Below, piece by piece: positions 39,209-48,594 of a DNA stretch of 64,000 bases. How positions within the stretch are numbered: position 1 is the stretch's first letter; every line of letters begins with the position of its first letter. The DNA lies in IMG/VR virus record IMGVR_UViG_638275429_000001, positions 87,740 to 151,739 of that record; one strand, written 5' to 3'. Under the pieces are notes generated by a model. The model saw nothing but the letters and a program-made list of their open reading frames with translations. It was not told the DNA's origin and did not search any database. Source of the stretch: a virus. Lineage: Duplodnaviria; Heunggongvirae; Uroviricota; Caudoviricetes; Straboviridae. Both the position numbers and the translations under genes were made by a program.

Positions 39209-40168
39209 TTAAACAACTAACGTCGGACCGTTGAACTGGCTCAACGGCAAAGCCTTTGCCCGTATCAGACATTTCGCGGTTGAAGAATTAGGGTGGTCGA
39301 GATATTCAAACACTTCGTCTATGACGATAACCGTATTTCGGTCGAGGATTATCTCGCACTCTTCCGGATATCCGGTAATCTTGGCAGGAACGATGTGCTT
39401 AATTCCAGAACAGTCAATATGCATGTTGATCTTTATTTGCCGATTTGGGAAGTCGGGATTATAACGAACAACGGCTGTCGGTTTATTGATATGCAGATTA
39501 CGACATTCGACAATTCCGTGGTTGTACATAATTGGAGCGATGGAAGTTGATACAAAATTTTTGAACAATATCGATCCATTATTGCGGAATTGTTCGTAAG
39601 ACGCAACTGGCATCGACATTCCTCGCCATACACTCCCACGAAATTCAATAGAATCATCCATGTAGCGATCCATCACTTCGACGCACTGCTTCGCGAATAT
39701 TCCAGCTGAGCCAGAATCGAACGTCCCACTTCTCAAACCCGCCGCGACACTAGCAAATCCTTCGTCACAATAGTTGTGTATGTGATCGTCAAACTCTATG
39801 CTGCCTACCGTCGAGCGACTTTCAGAATAACGCTCTTCGAGTACTCGATTGCATGAGTGGATTATGTTTACGCATGTGTCGTGATATTGGCTGTCAGAGT
39901 GATAGTCAAATATCATCCGCACTTGTTCATACGACCCCAGTTCTAAGTTCATCCACGGCATATGCCCTAAAAGCCATGCCCCGGAACCGCATTTAGACCA
40001 AGCCCAGATAAACTCTTTGAGAGTTATGGGCTGATTGATCGTATCAATCGTGAAATTGCTATAATCCGGTTCTGCTTCTTCGGACAATTTTCCAATTGAT
40101 GGCGATTTCTTGTGCTGGTAAACGCAATCACTTATTTCAACTTTAATTATGTTGTCGAGTTCAAACAT
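39209..40168 (-). CDS. Short Alt-like (R-S-E) ADP-ribosyltransferase with unrelated N-terminus
   Basis: VWRGM, NFVSTS and EECEIILDRN motifs. GGAG SD before ATG 40168. Confidence 0.8.
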   Translation of the reverse strand: MFELDNIIKVEISDCVYQHKKSPSIGKLSEEAEPDYSNFTIDTINQPITLKEFIWAWSKCGSGAWLLGHMPWMNLELGSYEQVRMIFDYHSDSQYHDTCVNIIHSCNRVLEERYSESRSTVGSIEFDDHIHNYCDEGFASVAAGLRSGTFDSGSAGIFAKQCVEVMDRYMDDSIEFRGSVWRGMSMPVASYEQFRNNGSILFKNFVSTSIAPIMYNHGIVECRNLHINKPTAVVRYNPDFPNRQIKINMHIDCSGIKHIVPAKITGYPEECEIILDRNTVIVIDEVFEYLDHPNSSTAKCLIRAKALPLSQFNGPTLVV

Positions 40169-40210
40169 TATATGCTCCAAATGAGCTCCCGAAAGAGCTC
40201 TAGAATAGAG

Positions 40211-40477
40211 TTAGTCAATACGGAAAAACACGGTGATTGCGTAGTCGTCACAACCTACACCGTTTTTGTAACCACGATATACTTGGGCCGGGTGCCAACC
40301 TGAGTCGCGGAACACCTGCATGGGTTTGACAAAAATGGACCACTCTTCGCCATCTGGATGATGCGGAGCTTGGCCAAAGCCATCTTTAACCAGATGGGCG
40401 ATAGCCGTCACCGCGGCGAGGTCATTGGCGACTACAAACTTAAACTCTTTACCGTCATAACGAACATGTAGATTCAT
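40211..40477 (-). CDS. Hypothetical protein (88 aa)
   Basis: AAGGA SD; first gene after an early promoter. Confidence 0.7.
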   Translation of the reverse strand: MNLHVRYDGKEFKFVVANDLAAVTAIAHLVKDGFGQAPHHPDGEEWSIFVKPMQVFRDSGWHPAQVYRGYKNGVGCDDYAITVFFRID

Positions 40478-40505
40478 ATCATTTTCCTTGTTTGGTTTCT
40501 CGTTT

Positions 40506-40578
40506 ATAGTATCATTGTTTTGTCATGGTGTAAACCACTTTTCAATAAAAACAAAAAAGGCTCCCTAGGGAGCCTTTT
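40506..40578 (-). promoter_or_regulatory. Terminator plus early promoter cassette
   Basis: Ligase terminator aaggctccc-ta-gggagcctt, an AT-rich UP-like tract, then TTTACA-N17-TACTAT with TGn. Confidence 0.85.
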
Positions 40579-40579
40579 A

Positions 40580-42085
40580 TCAATCCAGAATTGCGTCTGG
40601 GAAAACGTCGTGGATGTGGTTTGCGACTTTTTTGTCATGCCGAATCAACTGGAAGATAGGCAAAAACAGCTTGTACTTTGGCTCGTGAGGCTTTCGGCCT
40701 TTTCGAGTTTGCAGACCATTACACTTAAGTTGAGCGATAGAACCTTTCAGCTGGTCAATCTGAGTCATCAGCAATTCACGGTCATATTCATGCCGCTCGC
40801 TCAATGGTATCTCAACCTTCTTGCCATTGATTTTACGGTGAGTTGTATCCTTGAACCCTGAGCCACAATTGACTTGGATGTTACCTGAAGCATCCTGTAC
40901 GGTGATACCGCCTACTTTGTTTGGGTGCTTCTTGTGTGGATAAACATCAACGATAAGCAAATCAATTTCAATTTCTTCTTTGAATTTGATCTGATCTGCG
41001 GTTCGCGCATCGACCCACATGCCGTGTTTATTTTTCAAAATGATACCTTCGCGATCGCGTTGCACATTCCGGCGATAAATCTCGAGTGCTTCTTCGTAAT
41101 TTTCTACTTCTTCGCATTCGATCAATTCGATGTTTGAATACTTCATTGAACCTGTGTCGCCAACCAACTCTTTGAGGAGATTGAAGCGATCTTCGCATTC
41201 CATGAAACATTTACGTTTTCCGAAATAAACATCCGCAGGAACGATATCCCAAACGTTGAACAACATTTCCGATTGTTCTTCGGCGGTAAGAGTACCATTC
41301 AGTGATTTATTGCCGAGGCCGTTAGACTTGTTTCGGTCTGATTCTTGGCCAGGTTCTTCAGTAATTTCTTCAAGTCCGAACAAATCGTCCAGGGTGTGTT
41401 GTTTTGGAGTCTTTACTGGTTTGCGGTGTGGATTATGAACCAACTCGCCGTCAACTACAAAATCACCAAGTTTGCCGTTCAATGCACCAGCAATTTCTTT
41501 GAGCTGCGCTTTGATATCTACCAACCCAATATACTCGTTTCCACCGCGTGACACGATATTAATCTCTTCACCATCAACTGAAATGATAGCCATCGATCTG
41601 GAACCGTCGGCCTTCAGTTGAGCGAAAGCCGGGAAAATGATTTTTGCGAGAGCTTTAAGACTGAATGATTCAGCCAGGAAGCATGGTTGCTCAGGAATAA
41701 TGCCTGGCCATGTTTTATTGCCAAGTGCAACTGATGCACCACATTCAAGGTCTCGAGCCAGAATTCGACGCGCAACTTCACAGCTCGCACTTGTCATGCT
41801 GTCCAACATTTGCTGCATATAGTTGAAACCTGCGTTGCCGGTCAAATTGCGAGTTGAGTATTTTGAAACAAGCTCATCGCAGAATTGTTCGAGGCTCATC
41901 GGACCGACGGAACCTATGAAACGTAAACCTTTCGGCGTAATACCGTAGGTAAGGCGTTTGTTGTAGGCTAGTTTGAAAACTGTCTCAAGAAGAGCATTAC
42001 CTTTATGCTGACCTAAGATTTTTTCTTTTTCTTTGGTTGAATCTGTGGCTGCCAGAGAATTAAGGATGTCTAAAATATGCGTCAT
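40580..42085 (-). CDS. gp30: ATP-dependent DNA ligase
   Basis: Motif I QLKADG, VDGEL, FNVWD, EGIILKN and KFKEEIEIDL. Confidence 0.97.
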   Translation of the reverse strand: MTHILDILNSLAATDSTKEKEKILGQHKGNALLETVFKLAYNKRLTYGITPKGLRFIGSVGPMSLEQFCDELVSKYSTRNLTGNAGFNYMQQMLDSMTSASCEVARRILARDLECGASVALGNKTWPGIIPEQPCFLAESFSLKALAKIIFPAFAQLKADGSRSMAIISVDGEEINIVSRGGNEYIGLVDIKAQLKEIAGALNGKLGDFVVDGELVHNPHRKPVKTPKQHTLDDLFGLEEITEEPGQESDRNKSNGLGNKSLNGTLTAEEQSEMLFNVWDIVPADVYFGKRKCFMECEDRFNLLKELVGDTGSMKYSNIELIECEEVENYEEALEIYRRNVQRDREGIILKNKHGMWVDARTADQIKFKEEIEIDLLIVDVYPHKKHPNKVGGITVQDASGNIQVNCGSGFKDTTHRKINGKKVEIPLSERHEYDRELLMTQIDQLKGSIAQLKCNGLQTRKGRKPHEPKYKLFLPIFQLIRHDKKVANHIHDVFPDAILD

Positions 42086-42786
42086 GCTTTCGCCTCGATG
42101 GTAACAGGTTTATCTTCCCAAGTGGAAAGATGTGACAAGTCCATTTTAATCGGTTTTGGATTGAGATTAACAAGGAGCTTCTCGATATCATACCAATTCT
42201 TTGCTGTGTGGTATTTCGCAATATCGTGCTTTACTTCACGTGCATTTTCGGTGCGCAACATGTGAATTTGCGGCAATTGGGACATCGCATCATGGCAGTC
42301 TTGCAAATTACTTACCAGATCGTCAACAAAGCAAACAAGCCGGTCTTTATACTTCTGCTTAACCGAGATGTAATGTGGCATTTTTGTTTCGCCGATATCG
42401 ACGCACAGAATGTCTTTAAAAGCACCTGGGAACAGGGTATTGAGGTTGCAACACCGGTTCATTAGTGCTTGGTTCGAATCTCCCAGAGCAGTAATAGCAA
42501 TAAAATCGTAATGCTCTTTGAGACGGTTAACAACGTCAATAGCGTCTACATATCCTGCCAAATATTTTATGAAGTCAGAGTTGTTGTATTCGCGCATCAG
42601 GATGTCCGCGATGCGGCCGTTAACACCGAAAAGTTCTTCGCCGGTGCGGAAACGCTCGTCAACGAGAGTTTTCAGAATTTCATCAGTACGAATACCGTTT
42701 TTCTGCGCGAAATACGGAAGACCGGAAGTCCATTGAACCAGAACGCCATCAACGTCGGTCAGAATAATCGGCTTTTCAATTTGCAT
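42082..42786 (-). CDS. 30.2: gp30.2-like HAD-family nucleotidase
   Basis: IILTDVDGVL and CFVDD HAD motifs; R..NLNTLFPGAF. Confidence 0.85.
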   Translation of the reverse strand: MQIEKPIILTDVDGVLVQWTSGLPYFAQKNGIRTDEILKTLVDERFRTGEELFGVNGRIADILMREYNNSDFIKYLAGYVDAIDVVNRLKEHYDFIAITALGDSNQALMNRCCNLNTLFPGAFKDILCVDIGETKMPHYISVKQKYKDRLVCFVDDLVSNLQDCHDAMSQLPQIHMLRTENAREVKHDIAKYHTAKNWYDIEKLLVNLNPKPIKMDLSHLSTWEDKPVTIEAKA

Positions 42787-42854
42787 TATATTTCCTCTTT
42801 TTATGTCTCTCATATTATACAATAATGGGGTACCAAAAGATACCCCATTTAAAA

Positions 42855-43565
42855 TTATTTCAACGTGTTGATCACATCCATAGGATGCCCGGGTACAAGT
42901 TTTAGGGCATATTCAGTCCAGCATCGGCCATCCTGTTCCCTGGCAAACTTTTCTAACTTGAATATTGCATCATCGGGCGTATTTTTGATAGGACGATCGC
43001 AGATGCGCCAATTTCCGTCTTCTCCTTGAACCAACTTCGGCAAAGTGTGCTGTGCAGGTCGGCCGTTTTCCAGGAATAAAACTTTGCTGCCGTTCATCAG
43101 ATAGTAGTCGCTATTGAAAGTCTGCTCTTCCACCGCGATATCTACTGCTTCAGGATACGCCGCATTCGATACGTCTTTATTCATAAACCATCGATTAAGC
43201 AGAGCCGTAGGAATACGACATTCAATAGAACCTTTTTGATTTTCACGGGTAAAGAGTTGCGTATAGAAGCCACGATTCTGAAGTTCTTCAACGACAGCGT
43301 TCTTAACATCTTCAACCATTGGCTTTGCTCGAGCGCCATAACCTTCGTCGTTATTTGTGCCATGCCATTGTGTCATATTCTGACAGAAATTAACGCATTC
43401 GCGATAAACGTCACGATCACTAAGGCGGGTACGATGCTCTGAAGACATAGCAGTTTGCCAAGCCAAGCGACTCGCTAATCGATTTACTAATTTCTCTTTT
43501 GATGGATTGACATCAAACTCATTGTATCGCATTGTCGCGACATAGTGGGCTTTAATTGCGTTCAT
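42855..43565 (-). CDS. Hypothetical protein (236 aa)
   Basis: GAGGA SD; long ORF on the strand of the early block. Confidence 0.75.
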   Translation of the reverse strand: MNAIKAHYVATMRYNEFDVNPSKEKLVNRLASRLAWQTAMSSEHRTRLSDRDVYRECVNFCQNMTQWHGTNNDEGYGARAKPMVEDVKNAVVEELQNRGFYTQLFTRENQKGSIECRIPTALLNRWFMNKDVSNAAYPEAVDIAVEEQTFNSDYYLMNGSKVLFLENGRPAQHTLPKLVQGEDGNWRICDRPIKNTPDDAIFKLEKFAREQDGRCWTEYALKLVPGHPMDVINTLK

Positions 43566-43635
43566 TTTATCCTCGGTGGGTTACACTATACTGGGAACGT
43601 AAAAGAAAGGGAGACTCAAAGGTCTCCCATTTTAA

Positions 43636-43833
43636 TTACTTCTGGCGCTTCCGGCCTTCATGCTTGGGCTGACCAAACATATTGATGTGCGCTACCTGAC
43701 GGTTTACACGAGCAACCAGTTTATTGCCGACTTGATCGATTCGAGCGTTCTTGCTGCGCTTGTAACCGGTGCGGCCAGTTTTCGGAGCTTCAACTTTCTT
43801 TTCAACTGCTTTCATTTGCTTAGCCATTTTCAT
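43636..43833 (-). CDS. 30.9: gp30.9-like small basic protein
   Basis: MAKQ.KAVEKKV..GYKR.KN.RI.Q matches T4 30.9. Confidence 0.8.
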   Translation of the reverse strand: MKMAKQMKAVEKKVEAPKTGRTGYKRSKNARIDQVGNKLVARVNRQVAHINMFGQPKHEGRKRQK

Positions 43834-43857
43834 TTTCCTTATTGAATTGTTTAACTA

Positions 43858-44196
43858 TTATGCGTAAATTACTTGGATGTTTTTCCAGTGGGTGACAGAC
43901 ATTTTGCGACTTTGCTTGACATCAATTTCACCACGAAGATATCGAGGGTCTGGCACATTATCCAATCGACCATTCGGGACCAGGATAACCATGCCTGGTT
44001 TGATGTGATCCGGAACTTCAGGGCCAACCGAGATAACTTCTGCGGTCAGCGGAATTTCAGGCAGGTCGCGTTTACCCACAACAAAGCCAGGAATTGTAGA
44101 AGACATGATCTCATCGCCAGCACTTGCGAGCTGCTTTGACTCGATGATGATGCTCTCGAATTGAGCGATTGGCAAAGCGTTATCGAATTTGCTCAT
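43858..44196 (-). CDS. gp31: GroES-like co-chaperonin for capsid folding
   Basis: IIPG-like STIPGFVVGKR loop, AEVISVGPEVP, VTHWKNIQVIY. Confidence 0.92.
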   Translation of the reverse strand: MSKFDNALPIAQFESIIIESKQLASAGDEIMSSTIPGFVVGKRDLPEIPLTAEVISVGPEVPDHIKPGMVILVPNGRLDNVPDPRYLRGEIDVKQSRKMSVTHWKNIQVIYA

Positions 44197-44257
44197 ATTT
44201 ACCTCTTTGAGTTGATGAATGAATTATATAACAGCCCGAAGGCTGTTAAACAATTGC

Positions 44258-44782
44258 TTAAAATTCGTTTACGGCTTCATCAACCAGCCAGGTTTTAACA
44301 CCATACTTGTCAGAAATAAGCTCAAAGCGACTCGCGTTTTCTACCAGATCGTCGATGTACGATTTATCCTGGGCGTGGACATCAAAGTAAACCGCTTTCG
44401 GAGCAACTTCAACATAACGGTCATATGTGAACCCCATATTGAGATACTCTGGCCGACTGTTAATGAGGCCAGCAAGCGTGCCGATACCGGTGCCGTTGAT
44501 TGAAACCAGACGATCAATACGGAATGAACGCCAGCCTTTCGCATCAATATCGTAAACAACGACATTAAGAACATTTGACTCTTTGCGTTCTTTCTTCTCG
44601 ACCTCCTGGGAATCAGCCGGTTTGAAAGCATTGCTACCACGTTCGGATACTTCGACCAGGATAGGATCGCGGGTTGCTCGCATTACCCGGTGAGTATCGT
44701 CAGCCTTTTTGAAGATCAGCTCATGCTGGCCATCGTTAAGAACAGAAAACAGGAGTTGTTGCAGAACATATTGCTTTGACAT
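44258..44782 (-). CDS. 31.1: gp31.1-like WYL-type protein with C-terminal extension
   Basis: FKKADDTHRVMRATRD..YDIDAKGWRSFRIDRLVSI. Confidence 0.75.
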   Translation of the reverse strand: MSKQYVLQQLLFSVLNDGQHELIFKKADDTHRVMRATRDPILVEVSERGSNAFKPADSQEVEKKERKESNVLNVVVYDIDAKGWRSFRIDRLVSINGTGIGTLAGLINSRPEYLNMGFTYDRYVEVAPKAVYFDVHAQDKSYIDDLVENASRFELISDKYGVKTWLVDEAVNEF

Positions 44783-44791
44783 AATTTCACC

Positions 44792-45352
44792 TTACAGTTG
44801 TGATTCTTTGTTCAGATAGTTTGCCATTTCGCGTCGGATGATTTCAGGCATATTTTGTTTGCATGCAGCAACCAGGCGCGATTCGATTTCAGACAAAGCT
44901 TGGGCTTTTGATTTCGCGATGGCTGTTTCAGCTCGGGAAATATACATTTCGATGAAATGTTTACCGGCTTCTTCGCGCTTTCCAAGTTCTTTGCTAACCA
45001 TTTCATTGGCCCATGCTTCCATACCTTGCATCAGCTTCAGATCTTGTTGGCGAGCATAGTTGCGAACGGCGTGAGCCAAGCTTGAAGTATCCTTCAACTG
45101 TGCATTTGAGGCATCCCAACCATTGTTTGTGATTGTTTTGTTCAGCATGTCACGAACAATGGAATATGAATCCATTGAAACACCAGCATCACGAACAGCT
45201 TTTTGAATCTGCTCTCGAGTTACGCCTTCAAGGTGTTTTTCTTGCATTTTCTTGGCGAAGTTAGCAATTACTGCATTTTGCAGTTCAACCCGAGCTTCGG
45301 AACCTTCCGGAAACAGAGCTTCAATGGCTTTCGTATCAAGTTGGATTTTCAT
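44792..45352 (-). CDS. Hypothetical helical protein (186 aa)
   Basis: Coupled ORF in the operon. Confidence 0.75.
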   Translation of the reverse strand: MKIQLDTKAIEALFPEGSEARVELQNAVIANFAKKMQEKHLEGVTREQIQKAVRDAGVSMDSYSIVRDMLNKTITNNGWDASNAQLKDTSSLAHAVRNYARQQDLKLMQGMEAWANEMVSKELGKREEAGKHFIEMYISRAETAIAKSKAQALSEIESRLVAACKQNMPEIIRREMANYLNKESQL

Positions 45353-45663
45353 TTCGCGATTACCTTGTAAACAGAGTTGGTAGTCAAGACGTAGGTATCA
45401 CCTTTGTAGTGCACAATGGCTTGAATGCTTGACGTGCGGACACATTCGCCTTCCGCGAAAGATTTGTGCCCATAGACCCGACCGATCAGACGATTATAAT
45501 GTTCACACAATACATGGTCTTTATCGACTTCGATCGTGCCGGTAAGATTTTCAGGCTGCAACCAATCCGGGTCAATACCAACGTTGATGCAACCCTCGTG
45601 GGTGTCTACATTGAAATAACGTACTTCTTCAGCGATAACGCCTTCGCCAACTGGAATAATCAT
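45349..45663 (-). CDS. Hypothetical protein (104 aa)
   Basis: GAGGT SD; GRVYGHKSF.EG..VRTS motif. Confidence 0.7.
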   Translation of the reverse strand: MIIPVGEGVIAEEVRYFNVDTHEGCINVGIDPDWLQPENLTGTIEVDKDHVLCEHYNRLIGRVYGHKSFAEGECVRTSSIQAIVHYKGDTYVLTTNSVYKVIAK

Positions 45664-45720
45664 AACAAAACCTCTTTTTGAATGTATGGATATCGTATAC
45701 CAATATCCATAAGATGTAAA

Positions 45721-46242
45721 CTAGTTTTGGTTGCTTACTGTAAATTCTTTTTTCAACAAATTCAGTGGAACTTTGTTGTGAATAACCTTTATACCAGATT
45801 TGACAAGGATTTCGTCCCAGCCTGGAGTATTCCGATCATACAACTCGTTGTAGAACACTTTCTTTATGCCTGATTGAGCAATTGCTTTTGCACATTCCCG
45901 GCATGGCGAGACTGTTACGTACATTTCGGCACCGTCAATCGACTGGCCGGATTTTGCAGCGTAAAGAATGGCATTGAGCTCAGCGTGAATTTCGTTGCAA
46001 CTGGACCATTCATTATGCGCTTGACGGTACATGGCCTTAAGTTTGCCGGTTTCAGGGTCAAGCCATCCGGCAGCTTTCGCATGGTCATCACAGTTTTCAT
46101 GACCACCGGCAGGTGTGCCGTTGTATCCGGTTGAAATGATGCGCCCATCTTTAGTTATAATTGCGCCAACTTTCCAAGACACGCAGTGTGATTCCTGTGC
46201 AACAATGTATGCATGTTGCAAAACGCTCGAAACTTTCATCAA
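45721..46242 (-). CDS. cd: dCMP deaminase
   Basis: HAE and PCREC zinc motifs; STGYNGTPAG. Confidence 0.97.
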   Translation of the reverse strand: MMKVSSVLQHAYIVAQESHCVSWKVGAIITKDGRIISTGYNGTPAGGHENCDDHAKAAGWLDPETGKLKAMYRQAHNEWSSCNEIHAELNAILYAAKSGQSIDGAEMYVTVSPCRECAKAIAQSGIKKVFYNELYDRNTPGWDEILVKSGIKVIHNKVPLNLLKKEFTVSNQN

Positions 46243-46487
46243 ATAATCCTTGCAATGTTGATTTGCCCGTCGATGGAAATAGTGAACGCGTAATCTACCC
46301 GAGTTCCTTCTGAGTTGATAGTCGTCAGCTGAAATTCACCGAAACCGGTTGGGGTATATTCCACGCGAACACCCGGGTCGATTGCCTTGCATTTCTCTTC
46401 AAACAGAACACATTTTTCAGCGATGAGTTGCTGGGCGGTAATCATTTCGTCTGCGCTAACATTGGTCATTTCATTACTCCATTTCAT
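46239..46487 (-). CDS. Hypothetical protein (about 76-82 aa)
   Basis: First ORF after an early promoter; coupled to cd. Confidence 0.65.
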   Translation of the reverse strand: MKWSNEMTNVSADEMITAQQLIAEKCVLFEEKCKAIDPGVRVEYTPTGFGEFQLTTINSEGTRVDYAFTISIDGQINIARII

Positions 46488-46499
46488 TAACTTGATGGT

Positions 46500-46573
46500 A
46501 TCTTATCATGTCATTAATGTGTTGTAAACAGTCTTTTTCAATAAAAACAAAAATGCCCTCCGTAGAGGGCATT
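46500..46573 (-). promoter_or_regulatory. Terminator plus early promoter cassette
   Basis: aatgccctc-tacg-gagggcatt hairpin, a 31-bp tract identical to 54320-54350, then TTTACA-N17-TAAGAT. Confidence 0.85.
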
Positions 46574-46577
46574 CGGA

Positions 46578-47465
46578 TTAAAAATCGCCAGGTTGGACTT
46601 GCCAACATTCAAGTCCGATACGGCGCCACATATCAACGACCTTGGTACGATCATCAATAGCGCGGAAAACGTTCCAGGCGGGTGCGATCTTTTCCCAGAA
46701 GATTTCTTCTTTGACGATATCATCCGGGCGACTATCGCCAGCAGCACGCTGGAAGTGAGCATCCGGATAGCAACCGATACGGCGGAGTGCTTCCAGACTA
46801 TCAGCTTCGGAGACTCCATCACGTCCGGAAACGGTGAGGCAGGAGTAACCGCGATCTTTGTACATGCTGAACAGTTCAACGATTGAAGGGCGAGGAGCAT
46901 CTTCAAGCACACGATTCCATTGGAATGGGCCACGTTGGCTGTTATCAAACAGGGTACCATCCAGGTCAAAAATAACGCATTTCGGCAGGTTGTAATCCTG
47001 ACGGTATTGGCGAACGCCACCATATGCTTTCATATATTGGTCATATTGACGCTTGACAACATGCTCCGGCAAGCCACGGGGACCTTTGTAGCGGTTACGC
47101 TCCAGAAGAGTTTCCAGGCTTCCAGGTGCAAAGAACTTGAGCTCGAAATCGGTGACCATGGAATCAGCAAATTCTTTCCATTCGTGTTGAACAGACTCAG
47201 CCATGTTGGTGTCCGAAACGATAACGGTTTTGCTCATATTGATAGCTTCAGTTGCCGCTGCTTTAATAGCTTTGGTAACAAGTGCTTCACTATGCTTGTT
47301 AAACTTATAATCAGACCAGGTGCGGCAGCCAAAAAGACTGAAGCGATAGTCGTCACGGTTGAGATTGACGTATTTGGTCGGGGCGCTACGAACCATTTCT
47401 TCAGCCCAAGTGGTTTTGCCAGAACTGGTCGGGCCGACAGTACAAATTACGCGTTGACTACTCAT
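46578..47465 (-). CDS. pseT: Polynucleotide 5'-kinase / 3'-phosphatase
   Basis: P-loop GPTSSGKTT, NRDD, HAD motif FDLDGTL, DDRTKVVDMWR. Confidence 0.97.
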   Translation of the reverse strand: MSSQRVICTVGPTSSGKTTWAEEMVRSAPTKYVNLNRDDYRFSLFGCRTWSDYKFNKHSEALVTKAIKAAATEAINMSKTVIVSDTNMAESVQHEWKEFADSMVTDFELKFFAPGSLETLLERNRYKGPRGLPEHVVKRQYDQYMKAYGGVRQYRQDYNLPKCVIFDLDGTLFDNSQRGPFQWNRVLEDAPRPSIVELFSMYKDRGYSCLTVSGRDGVSEADSLEALRRIGCYPDAHFQRAAGDSRPDDIVKEEIFWEKIAPAWNVFRAIDDRTKVVDMWRRIGLECWQVQPGDF

Positions 47466-47710
47466 CTAATTCTTCCTTCACATATTTGTATGATTGCTTT
47501 TTGGTCTTTTATGTATCGATTGACATCTTCAAGCCATACGCCAAGACGATTGTAGTCCTCAAAACTCAGAGTTGCGCCTTCAGTTGTCGCTTTCCAGGTA
47601 ACTTCAAGTTTATGGACGGGTTGTGGAGTTGGTAACTCCTTTGGTTTGGCTGCGCAGGACATCACCAGGAGTGACAGTAACACGATGCCAATATGTTTCA
47701 TTGACGTCAT
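47462..47710 (-). CDS. pseT.2: Outer-membrane spanin lipoprotein
   Basis: Lipobox LVMSC after a hydrophobic signal; LSFEDY..L..WL.DV.RYI. Confidence 0.85.
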   Translation of the reverse strand: MTSMKHIGIVLLSLLVMSCAAKPKELPTPQPVHKLEVTWKATTEGATLSFEDYNRLGVWLEDVNRYIKDQKAIIQICEGRIR

Positions 47711-48024
47711 TTCGTTGTCTCCTGGATTTTGTCGGTCAACTGCCGAAAACCAGTATTCATGTGTTTTTCAAGAAGTTGCGGCTTTTTCTCCGCAATCTTT
47801 TCCATCTGCCTTGTGGCTTTTGGGGCCTTCAGCATCGCTTCTTGGACTGGCTTAGCATTCTCAACTGAGCTAACTTGAAACTTTTGGATTGTTTCAATCT
47901 TTGTCTCAAGATTATCAATTTGCTCGGATTGATTTTTTATCGTCCATCCAAGCAAACCGATAATTATCATGTAAAGAACGTTATTTCTTAGCCAGCTGAT
48001 TGTTGAACTCAAACTCGGCAACAT
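47707..48024 (-). CDS. pseT.3: Inner-membrane spanin
   Basis: N-terminal TM segment (VLYMIIIGLLGWTI), coiled coil, KKP.LLEK..N.GF. Start is uncertain (48024 or 47970). Confidence 0.8.
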   Translation of the reverse strand: MLPSLSSTISWLRNNVLYMIIIGLLGWTIKNQSEQIDNLETKIETIQKFQVSSVENAKPVQEAMLKAPKATRQMEKIAEKKPQLLEKHMNTGFRQLTDKIQETTK

Positions 48025-48517
48025 GGCGGGCAAATCCTTCGACTAAGGCAATGCCAGCGTCCCGTTCAAGACCGTCAATCATTATGTCCATACCACCACG
48101 GCGAATTTCGAGTTTGGCCGATTTCGGGAAAACATATTTCATCCGGCAAGCATTTTTATGGATGATGTTAACCCGAACTTTCTGGGTCAATGGAGACAGA
48201 ATGAAGTAGAACTTCGCGCCCATGAAATGAACGTTTGGCATTGTTTCGTTGATAAACACCTTTGCAGGCACATTTGCAAAAACGTTTTTCAACTCCTTCA
48301 GAACGTCTTGAGCCAGTGGACCGATATCGTCTTTGAGGCGATTGTAACGATCTGCTGCATAAGTACGGGAGTATTCTTTTTTCTTCGCATCTTTCATCAT
48401 CTGCTGACGGAGATCGGTAATATAGCCGACTTCACGACCGTTTTTGGCGAAGATTTGAATTCCATCAGAATAACCGCCTTCAGCGAATTCGTTGATAATA
48501 TCTTGAGTGGTGAACAT
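47981..48517 (-). CDS. alc: Inhibitor of host (cytosine DNA) transcription Alc
   Basis: DGIQIF..GREVGYITDL and VFINETMPNVH match T4 Alc. GGAG SD; synteny. Confidence 0.85.
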   Translation of the reverse strand: MFTTQDIINEFAEGGYSDGIQIFAKNGREVGYITDLRQQMMKDAKKKEYSRTYAADRYNRLKDDIGPLAQDVLKELKNVFANVPAKVFINETMPNVHFMGAKFYFILSPLTQKVRVNIIHKNACRMKYVFPKSAKLEIRRGGMDIMIDGLERDAGIALVEGFARHVAEFEFNNQLAKK

Positions 48518-48547
48518 TTTTATAACTCCATTTGATTTGATGGAATC

Positions 48548-48585
48548 ATAATATACCAACCACTCAGGATTGTAAACAGTTTTTG
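48548..48585 (-). promoter_or_regulatory. Early promoter for alc
   Basis: aaaaactGTTTACA-N17-TATTAT. Confidence 0.8.
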
Positions 48586-48594
48586 CAAATTTAT

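Noticed and set aside
45685-45711. Hairpin tatggatat/atatccata downstream of cd
   Set aside because: Single AT-rich stem with no U tract or repeats; probably an mRNA processing or stability stem.
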